DNA of 61,109 nucleotides. Origin: Vicinamibacterales bacterium (GTDB lineage: Bacteria; Acidobacteriota; Vicinamibacteria; Vicinamibacterales; 2-12-FULL-66-21). Location of the stretch: contig DATLLF010000178.1 of assembly GCA_035537955.1 (NCBI GenBank), positions 1 through 61,109 of the forward strand. The letters run 5' to 3'. Position 1 is the stretch's first letter. Every line of letters begins with the position of its first letter. Shown here piece after piece: positions 36,025 to 43,941 of this stretch. The position numbers and the translations under genes are program-made. The notes under the pieces are model-generated. The model had not been told where the DNA came from and ran no database searches. It worked only from the letters and a program-made list of their open reading frames with translations.

Positions 36025-36345
36025 GAGAGCGGAGTTCCTCCCGGCACCCTCGTCATGCTCGTTCTCCGCGTGCTTCAGAGCGGTCCCCTGCATGGGTATG
36101 CCATCGCGCAGCGGATCCACACGTTGTCGAGCGACGTCCTGCAGGTCGAGGAAGGCTCTCTCTATCCGGCGTTGCAGCGCATTCTCGTGAAGGGATGGGC
36201 GCGGGCGGAGTGGGGTGTGTCCGAGACCAACCGCCGCGTCCGCTTCTACCGGCTCACGCCGGCGGGCCGCGCACGGCTCGCCACGGAGATGGGCGAGTAT
36301 GAACGCGTGAACGCAGCGATTCGCACGGTTCTGCGTACGGCCTGA
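36019..36345 (+). CDS. PadR family transcriptional regulator (module 1)
   Basis: Winged-helix signature LHGYAIAQRI...EEGSLYPALQRILVKGWA...RRVRFYRLTPAGR. Confidence 0.92.
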   Translation: MPESGVPPGTLVMLVLRVLQSGPLHGYAIAQRIHTLSSDVLQVEEGSLYPALQRILVKGWARAEWGVSETNRRVRFYRLTPAGRARLATEMGEYERVNAAIRTVLRTA

Positions 36346-36360
36346 ACCGAGGGAGCCACC

Positions 36361-38832
36361 GTGGGAGAGCTCTGGCGTCGCCTCTGGTACCTCCTCAACC
36401 GGGCTCGTTTCGAACGCGAACTGCGCGAGGAGATGGACGCGCATCGGGCGATGAAGCGCGAGACCGAGCCTCGTTTCGGCAACTCTCTTCGGTTGCGGGA
36501 GGAGGCTGCTGACGAGTGGGGCTGGGCGTGGCTCGACCGGCTCACGCAGGATCTCCGCTTCGCCTGCCGGCTGCTCTGGCGTGCACCCGCATTCACGCTC
36601 ACGGCCATCTCTGTTCTCGCCCTGGGTGTTGGCGTCAATCTCGCGGCATTTCAAGTCATCGACAGCGTTGCGCTATCGTGGCTGCCCGTCCGTTCGCCCG
36701 AAACGCTTGTCCGGCTCTATCGCCGCAGCCCGCAGGGGACGAGCACGGCCTTCTCCTTTCCCGCCTTCGCGTTCTATCGGCAGAACGCGTCTTCGCTGAA
36801 GAGCGCAATCGCGCTCGTTGGCGGAGGGGTGACGTTCGGCGACGAGAACCGTCGCGGTGACGCGGAGTTCGTGACCGCCAACTATTTCTCCGACCTTGGC
36901 GCGACCCCGCTCGCCGGCCGTCTTCTGGACAGCCGTGATGAGGCCGCCGACGCGGATGCGGTGATCGTGCTCAGCGAACGCGCGTGGGCCTCCACGCTCG
37001 GCGGTGAGCGTGCCGCCATCGGCCGCCCGCTGCGCGTGAACGGGCGTCCGTTCACGCTCGTCGGCGTCGTTCCTCGATCGTTCGTCGGTCTGGAAGATCG
37101 AACAGCGGACGCGTGGATCCCACTGGTTCAGCATCGTGCGGCGTTTCCGGGCAGCACGCTCCTCGAGGACTGGAGGAGCGATGCGGTTCGCTTCTTTGCG
37201 CGCGTGCATGACCTCACAGCAGCAGGTGCTGCGCAGGAGGAACTGAGGCCGATCGTGAACAGGCTGCGCTCGATGCGTCCGGAGCATGTGTGGAAGGACG
37301 AGTGGCTGGCGCTTCGACCCGCCGGGCACTACGTCACATTCGACGAGGCCGCACCCGGATTCGCCCTCATCGGCTGCCTCGTCGGCCTGGTGCTCATCGC
37401 GGCCTGCGTGAATCTGGGATTGCTCGTGCTCGCGCGAACCCTGGGACGCGATCGTGAGTTCGCCGTCCGCTTGTCGGTCGGTGCGACGCGCGGGCGCATC
37501 ATCCGCCAATTGCTGACGGAACACCTGCTCCTCGGCGTGATGGGTGCATCGGCAGGCTGCTTCGTCGCCATCGAGGCTGCGCGAGCCGCGCTGACACTCA
37601 CGGGCGCGCCAGGGGGTCTGACGCCGCATTTCAATCTGCGTGCGGTCGCTGTTGCGGCGTTGCTCGCCGTCGTGTCTTCGGTGCTTTTCGGCTTTGCGCC
37701 GGCCTATCAGGCGCTCCGTCCCGCGGTGAGCAGACGTCTACGGCTGCGAAGCATCCTCGTCGGCATTCAGGTCGCGGCGGCGAGCACGCTGCTGATCGTC
37801 GCCGGACTTCTCGTCCGCGGCGTGACGCGCGTCGTACGCGTGCCTCTGGGATTCGATTATCACCGCACACTCCTGGCCGATCCGGATCTGACCAGTCATG
37901 GCACCACGGAAGCCGCCGCGCAGGCCTATTGGAGTGACGTCGAGACGCGGATCCGTGCGCAGCCGGGCGTGAGAAACGCCGCGTTGACCAGCCTGCCCCC
38001 GTTCGGGAATCGAGTGTGGGTGAACCGCGAGCACACGATTATTTATCACGTCACCCCCGCGTACTTCGACACGCTGCGGATCGCACTGGTGCGCGGACGC
38101 ATATTCAACGATGGTGAAGCCGGAGTGACGCTCGTAAGTGAGGCGCTGGCGCGGCGCCGCTGGCCAGGCGAGGACGCCATCGGAAAGGAGTACGAAGGCG
38201 CGACCATCATCGGCGTCGTCGGGAATGCGCGAACGGTCCGGATCAGCGATGGCTTGGCAACCGAGTGTTATCGCGCGATGACTCCTCGTCAGATGAGCGA
38301 AGCGGTCATGGTCATCCGGACGGAGGAATCGCGGGGTGCGACGGCCGCCACTCTGCAGGCGGTCATGCGTGGCAACCATCGACACCTCACGCCATCGGTC
38401 GTGCCGCTGCAGGACGCGTTCGAAGACAAGCTGGCCGCGCCTCGTCGGTTTGCGCTGGTGGCATCGACGCTCGGCATCTGCGCGCTGCTGCTCGCGGTGA
38501 TTGGCCTCGGTGGCATGGTGGCGTTCACCGTCATGCAACGCACGCGCGAGATCGGGGTCCGGATGGCTCTTGGCGCCAGACCCTCTCATGTCGTGCGGGC
38601 GATCGCGCGGCAGTTCACGACGCCTCTGGCGATCGGTGCCGCGGCCGGCAGTCTGCTCGCCGCGAGCGCCGGAGCCATCCTGTCGCGCGAGCTGTTCGGC
38701 GTGAGCAACCTCGATCCGCTCGCGCACGGCGGCGCGTTCCTCCTCTTCGCCGTCGTCGCGGCACTCGCCACATTGCCATCGGTGCGCCGCGCCATTCACC
38801 TCGATCCCGTCCAGACACTTCGGCACGAGTAG
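36361..38832 (+). CDS. ADOP-family duplicated FtsX/MacB-like permease (module 1)
   Basis: 823 aa. N-terminal permease-prefix helix (LWRRLWYLLNRARFERELREEMDAH), two MacB-type periplasmic domains and two FtsX 4-TM units. No ATPase partner. GTG start with GAGGGAG upstream. Confidence 0.9.
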   Translation: MGELWRRLWYLLNRARFERELREEMDAHRAMKRETEPRFGNSLRLREEAADEWGWAWLDRLTQDLRFACRLLWRAPAFTLTAISVLALGVGVNLAAFQVIDSVALSWLPVRSPETLVRLYRRSPQGTSTAFSFPAFAFYRQNASSLKSAIALVGGGVTFGDENRRGDAEFVTANYFSDLGATPLAGRLLDSRDEAADADAVIVLSERAWASTLGGERAAIGRPLRVNGRPFTLVGVVPRSFVGLEDRTADAWIPLVQHRAAFPGSTLLEDWRSDAVRFFARVHDLTAAGAAQEELRPIVNRLRSMRPEHVWKDEWLALRPAGHYVTFDEAAPGFALIGCLVGLVLIAACVNLGLLVLARTLGRDREFAVRLSVGATRGRIIRQLLTEHLLLGVMGASAGCFVAIEAARAALTLTGAPGGLTPHFNLRAVAVAALLAVVSSVLFGFAPAYQALRPAVSRRLRLRSILVGIQVAAASTLLIVAGLLVRGVTRVVRVPLGFDYHRTLLADPDLTSHGTTEAAAQAYWSDVETRIRAQPGVRNAALTSLPPFGNRVWVNREHTIIYHVTPAYFDTLRIALVRGRIFNDGEAGVTLVSEALARRRWPGEDAIGKEYEGATIIGVVGNARTVRISDGLATECYRAMTPRQMSEAVMVIRTEESRGATAATLQAVMRGNHRHLTPSVVPLQDAFEDKLAAPRRFALVASTLGICALLLAVIGLGGMVAFTVMQRTREIGVRMALGARPSHVVRAIARQFTTPLAIGAAAGSLLAASAGAILSRELFGVSNLDPLAHGGAFLLFAVVAALATLPSVRRAIHLDPVQTLRHE

Positions 38833-38887
38833 CCGTGGCAGAAAGAATTCCCATGGCGAATCGTCTTGTTGAACAGCTGTCGGGCCG

Positions 38888-41068
38888 TCAGTGGACGTCC
38901 TGATTTCTGAGTAGTGTCTCCACCGCCTCCACGAGGCGTGCCGCATCGACAGGCTTCGGCATGTGAATCTGGTACCCGGCCGCGCGTGCCGCCTCGGCGT
39001 CCTCGCGCCGCCCGTACGCGGTCACCGCGATGGCCGGCGTGCGCAGGCCGGCCTCTCGCAGGGACCGCAGCAGCGAATACCCGTCTTCCTCCGCCAGCCG
39101 GATATCCGAGACGAGCACGTCGGGCGGGTCGGCCAGCATCTCCCGCCGTGCATCGTGCGCGGTCGAAACGGTCTCCACGAAGGCGCCGGCGCTCTCCAGG
39201 TTCAGCCTGAGGAGCTCTCTGGAATCCTCGTCATCCTCAACAAGGAGAATGCGCGTTCGGTCCAGCCTGTGTTCGAGCGACGTCGGCGCTGGTTGCACCG
39301 GCGCCTGGTATGGCGGGACGGGCGCCGCCGCCTCGTGGACGGGCAGCGTGACCGTGAACGTCGCCCCCTTCCCGGCGCCGAGACTCTCGGCCCGCACGTT
39401 CCCGCCATGGAGCTGCACGATGTGACGAACGATGCCGAGGCCCAGTCCGAGGCCGGCCTGACTCTGGGATCGCGCATCGGCCTGACGGAACCAGTCGAAG
39501 ACGTACGGGAGAAATGTGGAGGAGATGCCGACTCCTGTGTCGCTGACCGACAGAACGACTTCGCGATCGACCCGCTTGAGGGTGACCCGGATCTGGCCGG
39601 GCGGTTCCGTGAACTTGATGGCGTTCCAGAGAAGGTTGCTCACCACTTGTTCGAGGCGTCTCGCGTCGCCGACGACCACGGCGAGATCGGACAGCTCGGC
39701 CTGGATCTCGAGGCTCTTCTCTCTGGCCTGCGGACGCAGTGCGTCCAGCGCGGCCTCCACCACCTCGGTCAAGGTGACCGGTTCCCGAATCAAGCGCAGT
39801 CGATCGGACACGATGCGCGACACATCGAGCAGATCCTCTATGAGGCGATTCTGAGCACGCCCGGCGCGTTCGATCACCTCGAGTCCGTGTCGGAGCTCGT
39901 CGGCGGAGACGGCCTTCGACTGCAGCATGTGCGCCCAGCCGAGGACGGCGGTGAGTGGCGTACGCAACTCATGGGAGACGGTCGCCAGGAACTCGTCCTT
40001 CGAGCGGTTTGCGTCCTCCGCGTCACGCCGCGCCGACTGTTCCTTCGCGACGAGCTCCGCAAGATTGTTGCCCATCGCATTAAACGCGCGGCCAAGCGCC
40101 TGGACTTCCGATGGGCCACCAAGTGGGATGGGACGATCGAATTGTCCGGTCTGCAGCCGGCGCGCCGAGAGCGCGAGGCGGCGTACTGGAGCCGCGACCC
40201 AGTGCGCCGCGACCAGCGACAGGACGATGCCCACGGCCACGAACATCGCCGCATGCTGGACCAGCTCTCCGAGCAATAGGTCGGCGGGGGCCATGGCTGC
40301 GGCGTAAGGAAGCGTCGCGGCGACACATGCCGTGCCGAGGGCAGCAAGCGGCCGAAAGCTCTGAAAGCTCTTTACTCCCCTGTAATCGACGTCGACGAAT
40401 GCGTCATCGCCGGAACGGCACCGCGACGCCCAGGCGGCAGTGCCCCGCTCGCCCGCCGACACGCGTTCTGCGGATGAATCCAGGAACTCGCCGTTGGCGG
40501 TAACAAAAAACACCTGCGCACTTCGACTCAGCGCCGGCTGGTCGCCGAACAGTTTTGCGACCTCCTGGTGATCGAACTGCACCGTGAGGGCCGACTGCTG
40601 ATGGCTGGCGCGCATCACGTATTCAACGTCACCAGTGGATGTGCGTACGACTCGAGCGAGTGCGTTCGCAATTGGAATCTCTGTCGATACGCGACCGCCC
40701 GACCGGCTGATTACACGCTGCCCGGATGTGAGGACGGCACCAATGGCGCGCCCGCTCTTGCGGAAATCGTCGAGAACGGGGCGGACACACTCCGGGGCCC
40801 ACGCGAGACGCCCTGATGGGAGCGGTTCGGCGCACAGGGCTTCGAGGCTGTCCAGCACGCCTACGGCGCGTTGTTGCCTGAGCGTGAACAGCTGTGACAG
40901 CGTCTCCTGCCGCGTTTGCGCCGCGAGACTGACGTGACGGGTTGCGTCCGCCGCCAGACTGGCGATCAGGGAGCGATGCGCCGACGTCGTCAACACGCCG
41001 GCCATCCCCGCGAGCAGACCCACGAAGATCGCCAGCAGCTGGATCCAGAGCGGAAGCGTTCTACGCAT
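38888..41068 (-). CDS. Hybrid sensor histidine kinase / response regulator
   Basis: TM helix, ~240-aa periplasmic sensor, second TM helix and HAMP. H-box SHELRTPLTAV, DTGVGIS, GLGLGLGIV. C-terminal receiver domain (ILLVEDDEDS...VLVSDIRL...MPKP). Confidence 0.9.
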   Translation of the reverse strand: MRRTLPLWIQLLAIFVGLLAGMAGVLTTSAHRSLIASLAADATRHVSLAAQTRQETLSQLFTLRQQRAVGVLDSLEALCAEPLPSGRLAWAPECVRPVLDDFRKSGRAIGAVLTSGQRVISRSGGRVSTEIPIANALARVVRTSTGDVEYVMRASHQQSALTVQFDHQEVAKLFGDQPALSRSAQVFFVTANGEFLDSSAERVSAGERGTAAWASRCRSGDDAFVDVDYRGVKSFQSFRPLAALGTACVAATLPYAAAMAPADLLLGELVQHAAMFVAVGIVLSLVAAHWVAAPVRRLALSARRLQTGQFDRPIPLGGPSEVQALGRAFNAMGNNLAELVAKEQSARRDAEDANRSKDEFLATVSHELRTPLTAVLGWAHMLQSKAVSADELRHGLEVIERAGRAQNRLIEDLLDVSRIVSDRLRLIREPVTLTEVVEAALDALRPQAREKSLEIQAELSDLAVVVGDARRLEQVVSNLLWNAIKFTEPPGQIRVTLKRVDREVVLSVSDTGVGISSTFLPYVFDWFRQADARSQSQAGLGLGLGIVRHIVQLHGGNVRAESLGAGKGATFTVTLPVHEAAAPVPPYQAPVQPAPTSLEHRLDRTRILLVEDDEDSRELLRLNLESAGAFVETVSTAHDARREMLADPPDVLVSDIRLAEEDGYSLLRSLREAGLRTPAIAVTAYGRREDAEAARAAGYQIHMPKPVDAARLVEAVETLLRNQDVH

Positions 41069-41232
41069 ATGTGCGAACCATGGTACGACGGGGCCGGCCT
41101 AGCTCTGCCAGCGTCGTGCGTCGGTGCTTTCACGCCCGTCAGCGGGGCGATGCCGCGGTCCATGGATTATGCCCTTGATCATGCGCGCCGTCTCCGCCAA
41201 GTCGGTAGCGGAGGTGTGCCGGCGATGCGCGG

Positions 41233-41288
41233 TTGACAGCCGCGGCGAATGGTGTTACAAAAATCGCAGAGGTGTTATAAAAATCGCA
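41233..41288 (+). promoter_or_regulatory. blaI promoter/operator candidate: TTGACA-N17-TACAAA plus two tandem 18-bp direct repeats
   Basis: TTGACA at 41233-38. The repeats are GGTGTTACAAAAATCGCA (41251-68) and GGTGTTATAAAAATCGCA (41271-88), with a 20-bp period and 1 mismatch. The second repeat ends at the A of the blaI ATG. Confidence 0.5.
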
Positions 41289-41707
41289 TGTCGAGGAAAC
41301 CTGTTCCCGCGATGCTCAGCAAACGCGAGCGACAGATCATGGACACCCTGTACCGGCTCGGTCGCGGCACGGCGGCAGAAGTGATGGAGCAGCTCGAAGG
41401 CGCGCCCGGCTATTCGACGGTACGGACGCAGCTGCGCGTGCTCGAACGGAAAGGGCACGTCAGACACGAGGAAGAGGGGCTGCGCTACATCTACTTGCCG
41501 ACGGTGCCCAGACACTCCGCCCGTCGATCTGCGCTCAAACACCTCGTCGACACCTTCTTCGACGGCTCGACCAGCAAGGCGGTGGCGGCGTTGCTCGGGG
41601 GCGAGGCGTCCCGTCTCTCGGACGAGGACCTGGCGCGCATCGAACAATTCGTACGGACCGCGCGTACGGAAGAACCCGTCAGGCAGGCGCGAAAGGAGCG
41701 GCGCTGA
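41288..41707 (+). CDS. BlaI/MecI/CopY family transcriptional repressor
   Basis: SKRERQIMDTLYRLGRGTAAEVMEQL...YSTVRTQLRVLERKGHVRHEEEGLRYIY. The start is set at MSRKPV (41288). Confidence 0.9.
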   Translation: MSRKPVPAMLSKRERQIMDTLYRLGRGTAAEVMEQLEGAPGYSTVRTQLRVLERKGHVRHEEEGLRYIYLPTVPRHSARRSALKHLVDTFFDGSTSKAVAALLGGEASRLSDEDLARIEQFVRTARTEEPVRQARKERR

Positions 41708-43464
41708 TGCCGTTCATCGATCCCGTGATCCGCTCGTCGATTGTGCTGGCCGTTGGGCTGCTGGTCAGTATGTGCCTGGCGAAAGGGTCCGCCGCGTTGC
41801 GCCACCGTCTGCTCGCTGCAGCGCTGCTCGCGAGCGCACTTGTTTTCCCCTTCAGCGTAGCGCTGCCGGAATGGAGTGTGACGTTGCCGGCCCGCACGGT
41901 TGCTCCACCTCCGGCGATGACCACACCGGATGCGGAGTTGGTCATTTCCAGCGTTGCTGTGCCCCACCCGCAGCCGCCGACGTCTCAGATCAGGTCGCGA
42001 ATCGGATTCGTGTGGCTGACCGGTCTCCTCACCGCCGCGGGCACACTCATCGCCGGGCTCGTGCGCGTCAGCCGCGCCGCGGCCCGCGGTCGCCTCGTCG
42101 AGGATCCTCGTTGGCTTGCAATTCTGGATATTGTCGCGCGCCGGTATGGGCTGAGGCGGCGCATCGCGATCTGTCGCACCGATTCAGCGGACCTGCTCGC
42201 CACGTGGGGATTGGTGCGGCCGCAGGTGCTGGTGCCCGACCACTCCCGGAATTGGACGACGGAGCGCGTGCACGTCGTCCTCGGGCACGAACTCGCCCAC
42301 ATTCGCCGTCGCGACTGGGTTGTACAGATCTGCGCCGAGACGCTCCGCGCGATCCTCTGGTTCAATCCGCTCGTGTGGATGATCTGCCGCCGCCTTCGAA
42401 GGGAGAGCGAGCAGGCGTGCGATGACGAGGTTCTTGGCCTCGGTGTCGACGGACGTGACTACGCCGCCCATCTTCTCGAGCTCGCTCGCCAGTGCCGACG
42501 TAGCGGTTCGAGTTGGGCATCGGCCATCCCCATGGCCCACCCTTCAACTCTGGAAAGGAGAATCGCTGCCATGTTGAACCCGCAACTCAACCGCCGTGTC
42601 CCTTCGCGCTCGACGATAGCGACGCTCTGCATCGCACTCGTGCTCGTCGCGCTGCCGGTTGCCGTGCTTCGCGCGCGACACGCTGCTCCGCCGGCGCTGT
42701 CTGCACTGACGGACGACGTGAGGGATGGTGTGTCGCCGCAGGCAGAGGTGAAGCCGAAACAGGTGAAGCCGGTGGTGAACTCCGACGCACCGCCGCATAT
42801 CGTGCGCGTGACGCCGCGTGCGCCCGCTGCTCCCAGGCGACGGTCAGCTTCGGCGCCGCTCACCGGAACGATCTACGACGTCAGCGGCGGAGTGCTGCCG
42901 GGGGTTCAGGTGACCCTCGTGGACGCGAACGAGAACACCTGGACGGCGACATCGAACGCGAGCGGACGCTTTGAACTGCCCTCTGTGAGTGAAGGCAGAT
43001 ACGTGCTGGCGGTGACGCTCGCCGGCTTCCGCGCGCTTCGACAGGATTTCGAGCTACGCAACGCGCGCGACTGGGACCGTGCCATCACGCTGCAGGTTGG
43101 CGAGTTGCAGGAGACGATCACCGTTCGAGACAGCCGCATGAGCGCACCGGAACCATCGGTACCGCTGAATCAGCCGGTGCGCATCGGTGGAAACGTCCGG
43201 GCGCCGCGCAAAGTGGTCGACGTTCGTCCGATCTATCCCGCGGCGATGCGTGAGGCCGGCCTCACGGGCGACGTGCCGATCGAGGCGATCATCGGCCGCG
43301 ACGGAACGGTGTCGTCAGTCCGCGTGCTGAGCGCGCAGGTGCACCCGGATTTCGCAATCGCCGCCGTGGATGCCGTGCGGCAGTGGCGCTTCTCGCCCAC
43401 ACTGCTGAACGGCGTGCCCGTCGAAGTGGTCATAAAGGTGAGCGTTCGGTTCGATCTGGATTAG
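41707..43464 (+). CDS. BlaR1-type M56 peptidase sensor fused to CarboxypepD_reg-like and TonB C-terminal domains
   Basis: M56 motif HELAHIRRRDW. The middle domain is GTIYDVSGGVLPGVQVTLVD...SGRFELPSVSEGRYVLAVTLAGF. The C-terminus YPAAMREAGLTGDVPIEAIIGRDGTVSSVRVL...VRFDL is TonB_C-like. The start overlaps the blaI stop (TGATG). Confidence 0.85.
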   Translation: MPFIDPVIRSSIVLAVGLLVSMCLAKGSAALRHRLLAAALLASALVFPFSVALPEWSVTLPARTVAPPPAMTTPDAELVISSVAVPHPQPPTSQIRSRIGFVWLTGLLTAAGTLIAGLVRVSRAAARGRLVEDPRWLAILDIVARRYGLRRRIAICRTDSADLLATWGLVRPQVLVPDHSRNWTTERVHVVLGHELAHIRRRDWVVQICAETLRAILWFNPLVWMICRRLRRESEQACDDEVLGLGVDGRDYAAHLLELARQCRRSGSSWASAIPMAHPSTLERRIAAMLNPQLNRRVPSRSTIATLCIALVLVALPVAVLRARHAAPPALSALTDDVRDGVSPQAEVKPKQVKPVVNSDAPPHIVRVTPRAPAAPRRRSASAPLTGTIYDVSGGVLPGVQVTLVDANENTWTATSNASGRFELPSVSEGRYVLAVTLAGFRALRQDFELRNARDWDRAITLQVGELQETITVRDSRMSAPEPSVPLNQPVRIGGNVRAPRKVVDVRPIYPAAMREAGLTGDVPIEAIIGRDGTVSSVRVLSAQVHPDFAIAAVDAVRQWRFSPTLLNGVPVEVVIKVSVRFDLD

Positions 43465-43503
43465 CGGTACGTCTTGGTATTTCGCTGCCGATACACGTCC
43501 CCT

Positions 43504-43538
43504 GCGCCCGTACGCTGTCGCGCATAACGTACGGGCGC
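43504..43538 (+). terminator. Perfect 11-bp stem hairpin downstream of the BlaR1-like gene (no U-tract)
   Basis: GCGCCCGTACG (43504-14) pairs with CGTACGGGCGC (43528-38), with a 13-nt loop. It lies 40 nt after the stop codon. Confidence 0.4.
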
Positions 43539-43554
43539 CTGAGTAGTAGGCTTT

Positions 43555-43586
43555 CTACACAATAAGGTGTAGACTTCCTACACAAT
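43555..43586. promoter_or_regulatory. PadR-2 operator candidate: CTACAC-N6-GTGTAG palindrome plus a third CTACACAAT half-site abutting the ATG
   Basis: CTACAC at 43555-60, GTGTAG at 43567-72, CTACAC at 43578-83. The 9-mer CTACACAAT is directly repeated 23 bp apart. The ATG is at 43585. Confidence 0.5.
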
Positions 43587-43941
43587 GAGTGTGAAGCGGC
43601 CAAGTCGCGTCGAGCTCCTGCGCGGCACGCTCGATCTCCTGATCCTGCGGACGCTGCTGCCGGGGCCAAGTCACGGACACGCAATCGCCAAGCATATTCA
43701 ACGCACCTCGGAAGACCTGCTGCAGGTCGAAACAGGGTCTCTCTACCCAGCCCTGTATCGCCTCGAGGCCAACGGCTGGGTCGCCGCGTCGTGGGAGCTG
43801 TCCGAGAAGGGCAAGCGCGCGCGATACTACCGGCTCACTCCTCTCGGACGAAGGCAGCTGGCCAGCGAACAATCGAAGTGGGATGCATTCGCTCGCGCGA
43901 TGGGCTTGCTTCTCAAGCCATCCGGTGAGGAGGGACGATGA
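43585..43941 (+). CDS. PadR family transcriptional regulator (module 2)
   Basis: SHGHAIAKHI...ETGSLYPALYRLEANGWV...KRARYYRLTPLGR. Confidence 0.92.
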   Translation: MSVKRPSRVELLRGTLDLLILRTLLPGPSHGHAIAKHIQRTSEDLLQVETGSLYPALYRLEANGWVAASWELSEKGKRARYYRLTPLGRRQLASEQSKWDAFARAMGLLLKPSGEEGR

